DNA of 64,000 nucleotides from Eledone cirrhosa (Eukaryota): NCBI GenBank assembly GCA_964016885.1, contig OZ024741.1, positions 160,642,001 to 160,706,000 of the forward strand, read 5' to 3'. Shown piece by piece: positions 38,498 to 51,546 of this stretch (position 1 is its first letter; each line of letters starts with the position of its first letter). The notes under the pieces were generated by a model. It saw only the letters and a program-made list of their open reading frames with translations, ran no database searches and was not told where the DNA came from. The position numbers and the translations under genes were made by a program.

Positions 38498-39054
38498 ATG
38501 ATTTGTAATTTTGTCACAACGCCAACAATTTGAGGAAAGATGAAAGTCGATTATAACCGAATCCAGTACTTGATTGGTTATTTATTTTATTAACCTCAGA
38601 AGGATGAAAGGAAAAGTTGGCATCAGCGGGATTTTAATTCAGAAACTAAAGAGTTGTAACTAAATATCGCAGAGTATTTGTTCGACACTCTAATGATTTT
38701 GCCAATCTACCACCCTGATTATTTCAATGAAATAATATAACCATGTCCTTTTAAAAAGAGCGCGTGAAGCCTATTTCATCCAATCGTGTGAGATTTCAAT
38801 TCTGCATTACTGAACACTTTAGAGCAGGGGTTCCCAACCTTTTTGTCGTTATCGCCCACTTTTCCACACTCAAAAATTCCCATCGCCCACCTTTTGACGG
38901 AAAATTTGATCAGACAAGGAATTTGATTTCAGTTTATTCAGTTTTGATAAGCAACTGCAGCGCATCATTCAACCGACCATTGATATTTTTTGCCACTAAT
39001 GTTGTCGGTGTATCACACAATGAACTGTTAAAATCTGTTGAGAAATTTCACGCT

Positions 39055-39797
39055 TTAGGAGAGATGAAAAACCTCTGTATCTTCCAACCATGGAAGGGTG
39101 GAAGGGGCCCCATCAGACGCACAGGCAATAATATTGGTCAGTGGGATATGATGTTCAGAAAGGAAACGCTTAAGCATATCGAAAATAGATGTACCTTTTG
39201 AATCAAGCAGCAAGTTCTCTGTGAACAACATTTCCTCACAAAGTTGAAGGTATTCATTGAAATATCGAACATAAACCATCATCAAACATTGGTTATCTAT
39301 AACGGTTGACTCATCCACTTGTATAGAAAATTCAGAACACTGGAGAATTTGAATGAGTTGATGTTTGACATCGGTGGCCATTTCATCTATTCGTCGAGAA
39401 ATTGTATTTTTACTAAGTGGAATTTTCTTGATAATTGTGTCGGACTTCTCGTGCATTACAGTCGACAGAACTTCTTCAATAACAGGTCGGAGCAATGTTT
39501 CTCCTATAGTGTGAGACTTCCCGGTCTTTGCGACCAGTAATGCAATATTGTACGACGCAATCATACCGTCATTTTTCTGTACAGTTGCTTCCCTAAACCT
39601 CGTGTTCAGTGTTTTCCGCTTTTCGAAAGAAGCCTTAAGTTGCAAAAAATATGATAACGGTTTGTCTTTTTTGTCAGAATGCTTGGAATCAAAATGATAT
39701 TTCAAGCGTGAAGGCTTCATTGCTCAATCTTTGCTGGCATAGAAGACACATGGGTAATTGACAGTTCTGAGGAGAAGCAATAAATCCATAAGATAAA
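39055..39797 (-). pseudogene. Buster-type transposase remnant
   Basis: YGFI..PMCLLC, MKPSRLKYHF, SHTIGETL, PLSKNTISRRI, FSIQVDEST, SDGAPS. Confidence 0.88.
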
Positions 39798-39800
39798 TAA

Positions 39801-41541
39801 CACCATGTAACAAAAAAAATTTTTTCTCTGTTCCTGGCTTGTAATCACTTTTTTGTGTTGCTTAGGTCCCAAATAAATAAATAAAAAGTGCTATTAAACA
39901 GTTAAAAGTTTGGGTTTGTAAAAATTCTAGGCTATTCACTAGAATTATTTGTATGCTGTATTTTACGTTGTATGTAAGTTTAATTTACTTATGTTAAATG
40001 ATTTTTTTATATATGTTTTAGGTTAAATTAAAATTATAAAATAAAGAGTAATACCTAAAGAAAATTATAAAAGTGCAATAATGTATAAAATTGTTAAAAA
40101 GTGGATTAAAGAGATTTATTGATACTGGATTTTAGCACCCTGAATAAAGGGTAAGTTGTGTTTTAAGCATTCGTCTCCAGGATGAAGCAATGGAACTTGG
40201 TCAAGGAGGAAGTGCAGGGGACAAGTCAGAGAAGTCGACTCGAACCTTTTTCAGGCTTTTACACTCTTGGGGATGGCCTCTGCTTCTGCCATGACGTGCC
40301 TGGACTGTTTGACGTTATTGGGGTACCGTTTGTGCCCAAGGAGTGGCGGCTATTTATACACAGTTCCACCACAAGTTTGAAGGCTGTCCTCCTCCACAAT
40401 GGAAACAAGTTCCCGACACTGCCCCTAGCTCATTCAGTGTGCCTGAAGGAAGATTACTACAGTGTGAAAGTCCTCTTGGAAGCTCTGCAATACAACCAGT
40501 ACAATTGGGAAATCATTGGAGACTTCAAGATTGTGGCTTTCTTGCTTGGACTCCAAGGAGGCTTTATCAAATTCCAATGCTTCCTCTGCCTTTGGAACAG
40601 CAGAGCCACCTCTGACCACTACAAAAGAAGGAACTGGGAGCAGCGAACAGAATTTGTAGTTGGGACCCGGAACGTCATGTGGGAGCCACAGGTTGATCCC
40701 ATGATTGTGCTCATGCCGCCACGGCACATTAAGTTGGGGTTGATGAAGCAGTTTGTGAAGGCTCTCAACCAAGAATCAGCCGCTTTAAGTGCCTTCTTGA
40801 GTTCTTCCCCAAGTTATCTGAGGCCAAATTCAAAGGTGGAATTTTTGTTGGACCTCAGATAAAGAAGGTGTTTGAGTCTACCGAGTTCTCCAATAAGCTC
40901 AATAGGATTGAGAGAACAGCATGGAACTGTTTCAAGGCAGTTTTTAAGGGCTTCCTGGCCAACTACAGAGCTGAAAACTACCAGCAACTGGTGCAGGATC
41001 TGATAAAGGTTTTTGGCGCCATGGGATGCAGGATGTCGCTTAAACTCCATATGCTGGACGCTCACCTGGAAAAATTCAAGGACAATATGGGCGCCTACTC
41101 AGAAGAACAAGGCGAACGATTCCACCAAGATGTGAAAGAGATAGAGCGGAGGTACCAGGGCCACTACAATGAAAAAATGATGGGGGACTATATCTGGGGG
41201 CTAGTGCGGGAATGCGACCTGGACTACAACCGCAAATCCAGGAAATCCAGTCATTTCTGACGTATATAAGTTGCTTTATAAGTGTTATTTGTTTTTACTT
41301 GTTTGCTTTTGATAAGCTTGTGTAATAAAATAAATATATACTACGTTGATTTAATTATATGAACTGATAAATTTTTTTTAAATGTGTTTTTTCTTGAAAA
41401 ATATGAAAATTTCGAAATATCAAACTTCTGACCCCAAACCCAAACTTCTGATTAAATAATAGTGTTTTTTTATAATAATGGGATATAATACACCAGGAAA
41501 TGATATGTAGAACCGGGGAACAAAATATATGTTACACGGTG
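39801..41541 (+). mobile_element. Chapaev3-like (CMC) DNA transposon nested in the hAT element
   Basis: TIRs caccatgtaac / gttacacggtg; interrupts the hAT transposase N-terminus. Confidence 0.8.
40182..41260 (+). pseudogene. Chapaev3-like transposase, frameshifted
   Basis: EWRLFI.SS..SLKAVLLHNGN, GLQGG..K..CFLCLW, HIKLGLMKQFVKAL, SEEQGERFHQD..RYQG. Confidence 0.8.
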
Positions 41542-42444
41542 AATGCTGTAATGGCGACAAGTTTTCTTTACCGGAGGCATCAGAGGAGTTAAAATTCGAA
41601 AAAAAGAATTCATAGAGGCGGAATCGGCGAAGGCAGAAATTCACGATGCGCGACAACAGCAGTGTTAACACGTTTTGCCGTTGGTCTTGCGTTTTAGCTT
41701 ACCGATGCACGCGGGTGTGTGCGCGTCCAATGCGAGCTGTCCATGTGAGCTGTTCGGCAGCCGTAAACTGCTAGACATGAATCAGTTGAAAACAGATGAA
41801 TTATAATCATACAGCTGGATACTACTTCCTTAGTCGAGAGTAGGGAAGAGCGAATCCGAGCTCTGTGATTACAGCATACCGGCCATTATATGATCAATAA
41901 CATACTTAATTACCGAAAATCCTTTGTCGCCCACCAAAATTTTATATCGCCCACCATTTCCTAAAACTTCGTTCATCGCCTACCCGATAGTTGAAATCGC
42001 CCACCGGTGGGCGATATCGCCCAGGTTGGGAAACCCTGCTTTAGAGTAATGCTTGACACTGTGATTATACTATCAATACATTATCCAGTTAATTGAAGAG
42101 AGCTTTATATTGTTTTCTTTTCTCAAATCATATTGTTCGTTGTTGATTTTCCCATAGAATATTTTACTGAGGGCATCACCTCTTTTTATCTCAGCTGCAC
42201 TAAAATTGGTAAAAGTCTGGAAGATTAGATTCAAAGTTAGCCCTGGGATTCACTGACACTTTCAATGACCGCAGTGAATTGCAGGTATGTAGAGTGTTGG
42301 TTGAGTGAGTTTTTTTGTTTTGTTTTTTTTTTTTTTGTGGAGTCAGATACAGATTCGGTAAGAGTGAGTGTTGAGTTATTTTATTGGGCGTTAATCATGT
42401 AAAGTATATGATGTATTTTATTAGGTTCTTATTGTATTGAGTAA

Positions 42445-42726
42445 GGGCATGTGGCTTAGTGGTTAGGGTACTTGGCTCACAATCGTAAGGTCGTGAGTTC
42501 GATTCCCGGGTCGTGAAGTGCTTTGTGTCCTTGAGCAAGACACTTTATTTCACGATGCTCCAGTGATTCTGGAAGAGTAGATCTTGGACTCCCACTACAT
42601 TAATAGTACACGCATATGTGGAAAGTTAGCTACTTGCACGTTAATTTCACAAGTAAGCAGACCTGTTGGTTGAATCAACTGAAGCATTCATTATCGCAAA
42701 TGACAGAGATCCAACAACAACAACAT
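42445..42726 (+). mobile_element. tRNA-derived CORE-like SINE with (CAA)n tail
   Basis: tggcttagtggttag A-box, gagttcgattccc B-box, gtgtccttgagcaagacacttta. Confidence 0.8.
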
Positions 42727-43099
42727 TGTATAGGTTGTGTGTGTGAATATTGTTCTATTTGAGCTGTGTTAGTGAACCAATAATGTCTTATACAGATTGT
42801 GGACTGTTCCTAGCCGAGCTACTTTTTTAACAGTGTGTAGTCAGACCTGTTAACTCTCCCCGTAAGACAGGGAGATCATCCACCCACATTGGGGTGAGTG
42901 AAAGATCTCTTCTCTTGTGAAAATGGATATAGCTTTCATTATGTAAAATCTCCCCCATTTTGCTTCATTTCTCCCCGTCCTGTGCTACTTTGTTCATGGT
43001 ACTCCCCGGTCGGATTTTTAGAGGTTGGCAGATCTGGTGTAGCAATGCCAGACCTCATACAGATTCTATGTTTTTGTTAATAATTTATTTTTAGCTTAC

Positions 43100-43560
43100 C
43101 TGATAACTATTGCCACTTATGTTTTAACAGTTTTTCCATTCCTTTTCGGCCAATATTTTGGTCAGAAGGGATCGTGATATATATCAATGTGCATGTATTT
43201 TTGTTATAAGCTTTGAACTGGGTGGTTTGTTTTGATTACCTTGTCAGTTTGGTTAGGTATATTCCAGATCATTGTCATAGGCAGTGTTTGGTACATGTCT
43301 ACACCACAACTTATCTATTCGCACATCAAAGTGTTAGTATATTGTCCAGTAGATATAACTGCCGACATGATCGTGCCTGTGTATATATACAGGCTTGGCA
43401 AGAACCTGGCAGCTGAAGATTATGTGATCCACAGTCTCATTGTACTGGTTGTATAATCGGCATTTGATGTTAGGATCTTCTGACACTATTTTTATTTTTG
43501 TAATTGTTTGTGGTGAGACATTGGTATTTTGTATAGAAAGAGTGACATAACACCCATCTT
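43100..43560 (-). mobile_element. Degraded R4-type LINE C-terminal fragment
   Basis: CRLY..ETVDHIIFSC.VLA..YIHRHD. Confidence 0.6.
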
Positions 43561-43619
43561 TATTAACAGGCAAGTATAATAGGCCAGGGGAAATTTTGCA
43601 CTCCTTTATACCTTGAGAT

Positions 43620-44265
43620 TTCTCTGCATTTCTTTATACAGCTGCCTTCTTCCATACTCATGACACAATCTTCTCTATTGCACACTACATCCAATTCTTC
43701 TTATGCTAACTTTTTCTCTTAGTTCACATATATTAATTCGTTTGTGTATATTAACATTACATATCCATCAAAGCATACATGCTTCATATCTTTCTAACCT
43801 TCACAAGTCATCTGCAGTCAAGACCCATGTTTCACATCCATGTAGCATTGCAGTACGCACACATACATCGAACAGTCTACATTTCACTCTGAGGGAGAAA
43901 CCTTTTGTTATTAGCAGAGGTACCAGCTCACCAAACTTCTTTTAGCCTCTTCTTAACCTGGCTATCAAACTTTCAGAACATCCTCTTCTACTGCTGGTTT
44001 GGTCACATAGTTAACAAAGTTGTCAACAACTTCTAAGGATCCTCCCTGATAACTGAAGGTTTCTATTTTATGTATGCTCTTAGTGCTTATATCTCCAATA
44101 CAAAGTCTATCTTTACCATTAAACAAGGTCCCTTCCTTGGTGGTATCAGCCACCTGTCTTCTTTCCTACTTACTAAGACTTTCATCTTTGCTAAGTTTAC
44201 TTTTAGGCCTTTCAACTCAAGGTTTTTCTTCTGTGCTTGGAATTTTGCATCTAACTTTCCCACTT
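43620..44265 (-). mobile_element. Degraded RTE fragment
   Basis: LELKGLKVNLAKMKVL, ETWVLTADD; matches RTEs at 56-62 kb. Confidence 0.7.
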
Positions 44266-44289
44266 GTCCTCTCAAGGAAGCCAGCGCAG

Positions 44290-44948
44290 TGCTCGCTACA
44301 TGTGAGTGGAGTTCCACTGAAGCAGGTAGAGAAGTTCAAGTACCTCAAGGCCATGTCCATGAGTGATGGAAAGCAGGGGGCTGAATTAAGTGCAAGAATT
44401 GCAAAAGCTGATGCAGTAATGAGCCAGATTCAGCATTCAGTAATCAGAAGTGAGGTAAGTGTAAAAGCCAAACTTGCTGTCATCAATTCGGTTTTCATGC
44501 CAACCCTTTCCTATGGTCATGAATCTTGGGTAATGACAATCACAAATATAAGTGGTTGAAATGGGATTCCTCCAAAGTGTCTTTGGAGTAACGTTACTCG
44601 ATAGAATGCATAGCTCGGAGTTCAGAGAGTCACTCCAGGTAGATCCACTACTTCTTCAAATTGAGAGATCACAGCTCCCATACTATGGGCATGTAGTAAG
44701 AATGTCGCAGGAAAGAATCACCGGACAGACTTTACAGGTGAAACCAACCGGCAAAAGACCCAGCAGTAGACCCTGAGCAAGATTAGATAACATCCCTGAG
44801 CTTAACTGGTCTCATTTGGGGACCTAGCCGGATCAGTTGGAGATGGTTGCTTCTGACACAACCTGGTGGAGGGAGTGTTTGAGAACTCTGCCCCCACGAC
44901 CCTCTCAGGAATAAGTGGGCAAAGAAGAAAAGGAAGAAGAACAACAAC
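44290..44948 (+). mobile_element. Degraded RTE 3' fragment
   Basis: PLKQVEKFKYL, PTLSYGHESW, GHVVRM..GKRP. Confidence 0.75.
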
Positions 44949-45515
44949 TTTCCTACTGATTCAGCTGGCAACTTCATTTTCCGTCTCTAAAGTTATTTAC
45001 CCTAATGTATAAGCTATTTTGTTATATTACTGCACCTGAGCATAATATATCTTCCATAAACTTTATCCTCTAAGTAAGTTTGAGCTTTGCATACAATTTT
45101 TGTTGAGATTTTCCAAAGTTGTTTGATTTAACTCTTTAATTTAAACAGTAAGATGTTGTCAGAAATCCCTTTGTTCAGCTGGTACTGAGAGATACAAACT
45201 TAGATCCCTCGTAGCAGCCACCGGCAACTTCTTTTTCTACCTCTAAAGGTCATTACCCTAATTTATATACCTGAACATACTACATCTTCAATAATATATA
45301 TGTGTGTTGTGTGTCTGTGTATGTGTGCATGTGTGAATGTGTGTGCATATATACACACACAAATTTATACATATATTCACACTCTCATACACACAAATAA
45401 ACAGAAGCCCTCTCCTGGGATATAGTGATATACTTGAACAAGCTGAATGTATTTCTAATGCTTTATTCATTATAAAGTATTACATTTTTAATCTTTTTAA
45501 ATCACAAAACAATAT

Positions 45516-45540
45516 CTATTTGCCAGTTTGTTGCAGCAAG
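45516..45540 (-). CDS. Gene B terminal coding exon
   Basis: Acceptor tttttctctatttttcag|; (I)LLQQTGK*; AATAAA (minus) at 45462-45467. Confidence 0.8.
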
Positions 45541-47278
45541 CTGAAAAATAGAGAAAAATCATTATAGAAAAATAATCTTAATAGTAATTTAAAATTTAAC
45601 TCTTTCTAACGAAAAACATTACCCCTGATTTCCAAATAATTTTGAAAATAATCAAGATTTTGAGGAGAATTAATAATAAAACTAATTTTCTCATTATTAA
45701 GTTGGTGTTTGGATATAACTTAAAGGTTATTATATAAAATGATGATGAAAGGTAAAGGGGGTGAAATTTATGTTTTTCCTGTTGTATTTGGTGTTTTTTT
45801 AATGAATATGTCCTTCAAAACTGTTTGAAATTATTAATCAACAAATTGGATGTTATGCATTTGTATTTCTAGCATGATTTAAACTTCTCTGTAATAACAA
45901 TAGATCCTAATTTTTGTAATTTTTCATTTAAATATTCATTTGTTGGATTTTTTCCCCACACCCTAATAGAATGGTTGACCCCAATTGTGTTTTTCTTTTT
46001 TACTCATCACACACTTTAGAATAAGGAAAAATCTGATGACTCATAAACACTCTTCAAAAAAAGTATTTATACATATTAGCATAACATGAACCCATAATTC
46101 CTGTAGTAACATTTTAAACTTGGTGGAGCTCATCTTCTCTCCTGGTAAGAACACATCTGATTTTTTTCCAGGAGAAAAAGAGAGGGAGAAGGTGTTATAG
46201 AGGTAAAATCGACCCCAGTACTAGACTGGTACTTTTTTTTATTGGTCTCAAAAGGATGAAGGCAAAGTTGACCTTGGTGAGATTTGAACTCAAAGCACAG
46301 AGAGCCAGAACAAATACCACAAAGCATTTTCTCCTTGAGTTTATGGCAGAAATACAGATAATTAAAAATACAGAAAAAATATTTTATTTCCTTTTTTAGT
46401 CAATAAATGCGGCAAAGTTATCAATGATAATCATACACTTGGTGCTTTTTAGACAATGATTTTCTTCTTTGACAGTTATATATGAGCTTTATTACGAATT
46501 TCAATTTGTATTTTTCTCATTTTGAAATAGAATTTGCTCTTTTGCAGTGCACCTATTTAGTTTGGCTCTGCCATGTTCGGACACATTGCACCTGTCATGT
46601 GGATCATGTGATTCTTTTCTGTATATAGTGTACATGATGTATTTATAAGTAATAGATCAAATACAAGAAGAAATCCTGATTAGATCTGACAACACTCGAG
46701 GTACATCTATCAATACACCAGTATTCCAAGATGCACTTAATTACATCTCACAGTGCACTAGTGTTGCTGAGGTGCACCTAATTTTTAAATTCAGCGAATG
46801 CACCTGCAGGCTAAGGTGCACAGTTTGGGAACTGCTGATCTTGGCAAACCTATTTGACATTTTGTCTGCCAAGACTTAAACATGATATTGATTAAGTAAG
46901 TCATACTAACACTTTCGCAGCCATATTTCTAATAAAATACTCTCCATTTCAATTAAATAAGGAAACATTTTAAGGGAATTACTAAAATTATTAAAGATTT
47001 AGTTACTAAGATAATAACTTAACATATGATTCTTATATAAAAGGATGTGGAAAATGTTTTATTTAAATAGGAACCCTTTTAAATGTGTGGTTTTATTCCA
47101 TAAAGCCAAAGACACTTTTTGGTGGGCTTGTATTAAAAGGGTTAATAAAGTTTAACTATCAAAGACTTTTTTCAGCAGCTTAATCTCATAAACATTGAGC
47201 CTTCTTCCCTCACCCCTCCCTCCTATCATCTAGCATAATGAATGAATAACTAAAATTTAAGAAACAATGACAACTTAC

Positions 47279-47393
47279 ATTTGACATGCAGATGAGCACA
47301 TAAACTGCCAGAAACCATCAACATTGTCTTTGCAAGCTGCTACACAACCACCAGATAAATCCAGTTGTTGGAGACGTAAAATCAAATCATCAA
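47279..47393 (-). CDS. Gene B coding exon 2 (mature peptide core)
   Basis: ctttcag| ... |GTAAGT; 115 nt, phase 1/2; (I)DDLILRLQQLDLSGGCVAACKDNVDGFWQFMCSSACQ(I). Confidence 0.9.
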
Positions 47394-48228
47394 CTGAAAG
47401 AGATTAGGAACAAAAATAGTGTTGTGTGTGTGTGTGTGTATAAAGGGTTCAAAGTTAAAATGACTGAAAAGTTTTCTCACATCTTTGTTTCACAGGGTTT
47501 TTATGGCTAAACACCCTTTGTAACGTCAACCACTTTGAACTTTGGTACTAACACTAGTTAGTCCTTGATCTGACAAGTGTCCTCATAACCCTTTGTTTGG
47601 CATGGTTTCTATGGCCGGATGCCCTTCAGCCAACCACTTTACAGAATGTACATTTGAAGGATTTCCACTTGCAATAATGTACAAAATGTCTTGAACATAT
47701 TTCACTTGCTATTTGAGAATGTTCATGATCTATTTTTTTAGGCCAATTACTTCCCATAAGAGGTCATCCTGCTGGGGAAGAGGTAGTGTCACCATGGTTT
47801 TGGTGACAGGTGGGATGGAATTTGAACTCAGAACCCACAGAACCACAACAGATACTGCAAAGCATCTCATTTGACTCTTTAACGATTCTGCTAAATCTAC
47901 CATATCAGGATTGGTACTTGATTCTATCAAGACAAAGTTGACCTTGACAGGATTGGAACTCAGAGCACTAAGTGCTAGAACAAATAGTGAAGTATATAAT
48001 TTTATGATCTGACAACTCAGCCAATTCCTTGCAATAATGAGATGAGAGGGGTCAGTTGATTATATCAACCCCTGTGTTTGACTGGTAGTCAGAAAGATGA
48101 AAGGCAATGTTGACCTCAGCAGAGTACAGAGAGCTGGAAGAAATACCAAGACATTTAATTTGACACTCTAATGAAACTGCCAAATCACCTCCTATGTTTT
48201 TGAAAGATTGTATACTTGGAACACTTAC

Positions 48229-48319
48229 TTGAGAATTTCTTGTCTATGTCATCACCATTTTGGAAACTGGCACACAGCACCAATGGCACAAGAGCCAACA
48301 GGAAAAGTACAAGCTTCAT
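48229..48319 (-). CDS. Secreted Cys-rich prepropeptide gene B, coding exon 1
   Basis: aaccATG; MKLVLFLLALVPLVLCASFQNGDDIDKKFS; phase-1 donor a|GTAAGT. Confidence 0.88.
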
Positions 48320-48591
48320 GGTTTTCTGTTTCTGCTAGGAAAGATATATGTGGGATTAATGAAAGTGGGGGAGGAGAAGGAAGAGAAGGAGGTACATAGG
48401 GCCAAAGATTTAAAATTGGCTGTGTTCAGACCTAGAAAAGGGTGAACTCTGCCAAGGTTTTAAAAAATGCTAAAGACATGCTATATATCACTACAGTGCT
48501 CCTACGACTCCATCAAAAATTAAGAACTTATGCTTTCATGTACACTCACACACACACACATATAGACACATACACCCACACATATACACAT

Positions 48592-48668
<77 letters not shown>

Positions 48669-48913
48669 CATGCAGGCATGGGCCCTTAGGACCAAGTCTG
48701 AAGATTGTCGATTTCTTCTAAAAAAAAAGACAGCAAAAAGCAGTGAGAAATAATTCACCCCAGTACTGAAGTGGTACTTTATTTATCAACCTCAAAAGGA
48801 TAAATGGTAAAGTTGACTTTAGTGTGATTTGAACTCCGAGTGCTGAGAGATGGAACAAGCACTGCATAGCATTCTACCTGACATTCTAATGACCTTGCCA
48901 ATTATCAGCCTCA

Positions 48914-49883
48914 TCTACTATATAAATGGCAATTTCTGTCTGTCTGTGTATCTGTGTATTTGTGTACTGTGTATAACCAGTTGGTGCATACACCAGTAAT
49001 CCAATCCTGATGAAACTTTACACACATGTTAAGCTTATATTCAGAAACAGGACTGGCTAATTGGATTTCAATAAAAATCAATAACGGTACCCCTGGGGAC
49101 ATCTTTATAATGGACGAGGAAAGAGAAGACGTTTCAGTGAGAGAGGGGTAAGAGGAGATACTACTACTGTATGTTAAACCCTCCCTCCCACTACTCCTCT
49201 TCCTCCTCCCACAACTTAGTCCTCCAAAACGAGGCAACAACTTATTAGAAATGAGTTTATTTTGTTGATATTTTGAGTTGTCGGATCGTGGGAAGATTGT
49301 TCTTGGTATATAAATGCGTGCATTCCCTATTGAAGTTACATTACACGAATTGTCCTTTTAAACATAAGTAACTTCATTCGTTTTCACTTAAACAACAGTC
49401 TTTTTACTTGCAACCTCAACACTACTCGGCAAGCCCACATTAGATTTTCAATAAAACCTATGTTTAATGCCTTTATGTTAGAGTACTATATCTAAGCAAT
49501 TCCGTTTCTTAACACTTAAACTCCAAGTTTTGAACTTACTAATTTAGCATTACACAAAGCAACATGTAGTGTGCGCTTATGAAAGAGCAAGGCGAGCTGA
49601 GATGGCTGCAGAGAAAGACATTCGCCTTACTGCAGATAGAGAGTCACACCAAGCTCAAACTACCTCGGCTTATTCACTCTGAAAGAATAAAGCTGGATGG
49701 AAGAAGGACTTATGACTTAAACAGCTATTCATAGTTCCACATAAAAAATTGATCTGCTATAAACACACCTAGCAAAGATTGCTATTGAAAATCCAGTATG
49801 GACACCCAGGGTCATTTTCAGGCGTACTCTGGTAACTGCGAATAACCCCACCTTTCCTAGGTATTACCGGGTACTGCAGCTAG
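48914..49883 (+). mobile_element. Non-autonomous Helitron
   Basis: A|TCtactatataaa...cctaggtattaccgggtactgcagCTAG|T. Confidence 0.8.
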
Positions 49884-51406
49884 TATATATATATGTATAT
49901 ATATATAGAGATATAGATATTTTTTTATGTGTGTGTGTGTTTCTGTGTGCGTGTGTGTGTTTATTTATGCTAATTCACGTTAGTATAAATGAATATGCAA
50001 AACAAAAAAGGGAAGAAGCAGTTTACTTGTTAATTATGTTTAACCTGGTCTGTGGTGTTGTGTAACATGAGAGTGAGAAAGTGAATCATGTAACCTATTC
50101 TTTCAGCTCTCACAGGCAATCATGTGACAGTATTGAAACACATGCCAGAGACCATATTATGCAATAAACCATTCTTCAATTTTCAATGGATTTTGCCTAG
50201 TTTTTCCTTGTACATTATTCACTTTATATAATTGTGACCATTAATTGCCTAACTTGAACTTAAATAAATCTGCCCCAATCCAATGATAACCATGAACTCA
50301 AGCAAATTAAATAATAGTCAACAGAGAACTCACTCCGTATGGTATCAAAGTATGACATACTTAAATATAACTTGAACATAAATAAGTCTACAACAATCTT
50401 ATACTATCCATGAATTCAAAAAACCGCAATCCATAAACTTACATTCGACCCCACTCACCAGACCCATATCACACAACGGAAAGTAAAAACCAAATACATC
50501 CTTCAAAACCATATCCCAACCTTCCTGGCAAAATAACTGCCAACCTGCACTATTTACTGGTATGGGGGTAGACGTCATCAGTTTTAAAAAATGTATTATT
50601 TCAGTACATCATGTTGGAAATTCCCATTACAAGTTCTATACAATATAATACAATAATTATATCAATTATGAGTTCCATACATACATTTAATAATGCTAAT
50701 CACACCATTTGGCCCATTTTTTTAAGAATCAAATCTAAGAAATCATAGACCTTAGCATGATATGAAACGAAAAGAAAGAAGACAATCCTCATTTTATTAC
50801 TGAAATCCATCTGCCAGTCAGGACTCCTGACAGAAACATCACCACCAGTGACAGAGACTGGGATTTCAACTTGAAATGCACAAAGCAAGACACCACAAAC
50901 TATCCTGTTCAACTTTTTAACAATTCTACAAATATGCCTATGAAAGGATGAAAGGTAAAGTAAACCTTGACATGATTTGAAATCACATGAAACAAATACC
51001 GAGGCATTTGTTTCCAACTCTACCAATTCACAATACATTCAATAAAAATTATGAAAGAAATAAAATCAAAGTCTTACCTATTGATTTGCAACCTAGATGG
51101 GATCTGTCCAATAAGTTGTTGCTTTAGCCTCATATACATAACTATATCAGTACCTTATGTTAAATTCCCATTAAAAATGATTTTTCCTGTTATCATGTTA
51201 TGTCACCATTGAGAATATCAACCAGAAAGATAATGATATATAATCATATCAGGATTTGATTTCAGTGATTAATAAAAACAACATTTTTATATTATTTTTT
51301 ATCATACACACAGACATATTTAATCATACATCCATGGGAAGCACTTACATTCTGATGAAATCTTGGGTATTTGAACCTGTTGGAGACCATCACTTTCTGG
51401 GTCACT

Positions 51407-51546
51407 TTCTACTTCACTCTTGCTGATCATCTCCACACACTTTTCCACAGCAAAATGTATGTCGATGGATGGGTATAGGGACATCCAATGATGTAGATTT
51501 TGCTGTGGAAAAATGCATGGAGATGATCAGTGAGAGTGAAGTAGAA
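51407..51546. repeat. Imperfect ~140-nt hairpin
   Basis: ttctacttcactcttgctgatcatctcca..ttttccacagcaaaat pairs with attttgctgtggaaaa..tggagatgatcagtgagagtgaagtagaa. Confidence 0.9.

Larger units (their letters stand above)
38825..42038 (-). mobile_element. hAT (Buster/Charlie-type) DNA transposon, internally deleted
   Basis: TIRs caggggttcccaacct / aggttgggaaaccctg; perfect 8-bp TSD CTTTAGAG; subterminal atcgcccac repeats. Confidence 0.93.

Noticed and set aside
42194-42284. Plus-strand exon-like segment (ctcag|...|gtatgt) as a third paralog
   Set aside because: No signal peptide or Cys motif and no similarity to genes A/B
42445-42510. tRNA gene
   Set aside because: A/B boxes run straight into SINE core and tail; no proper acceptor stem
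46032-46065. CTGATGA hammerhead box (also 5461-5477 minus and 51352)
   Set aside because: No matching stem II/GAAA/stem I geometry
50330-50560. Possible minus-strand exons (WQLFCQEGWDMVL...)
   Set aside because: Weak acceptor; the plus strand looks like a decayed LINE RT remnant
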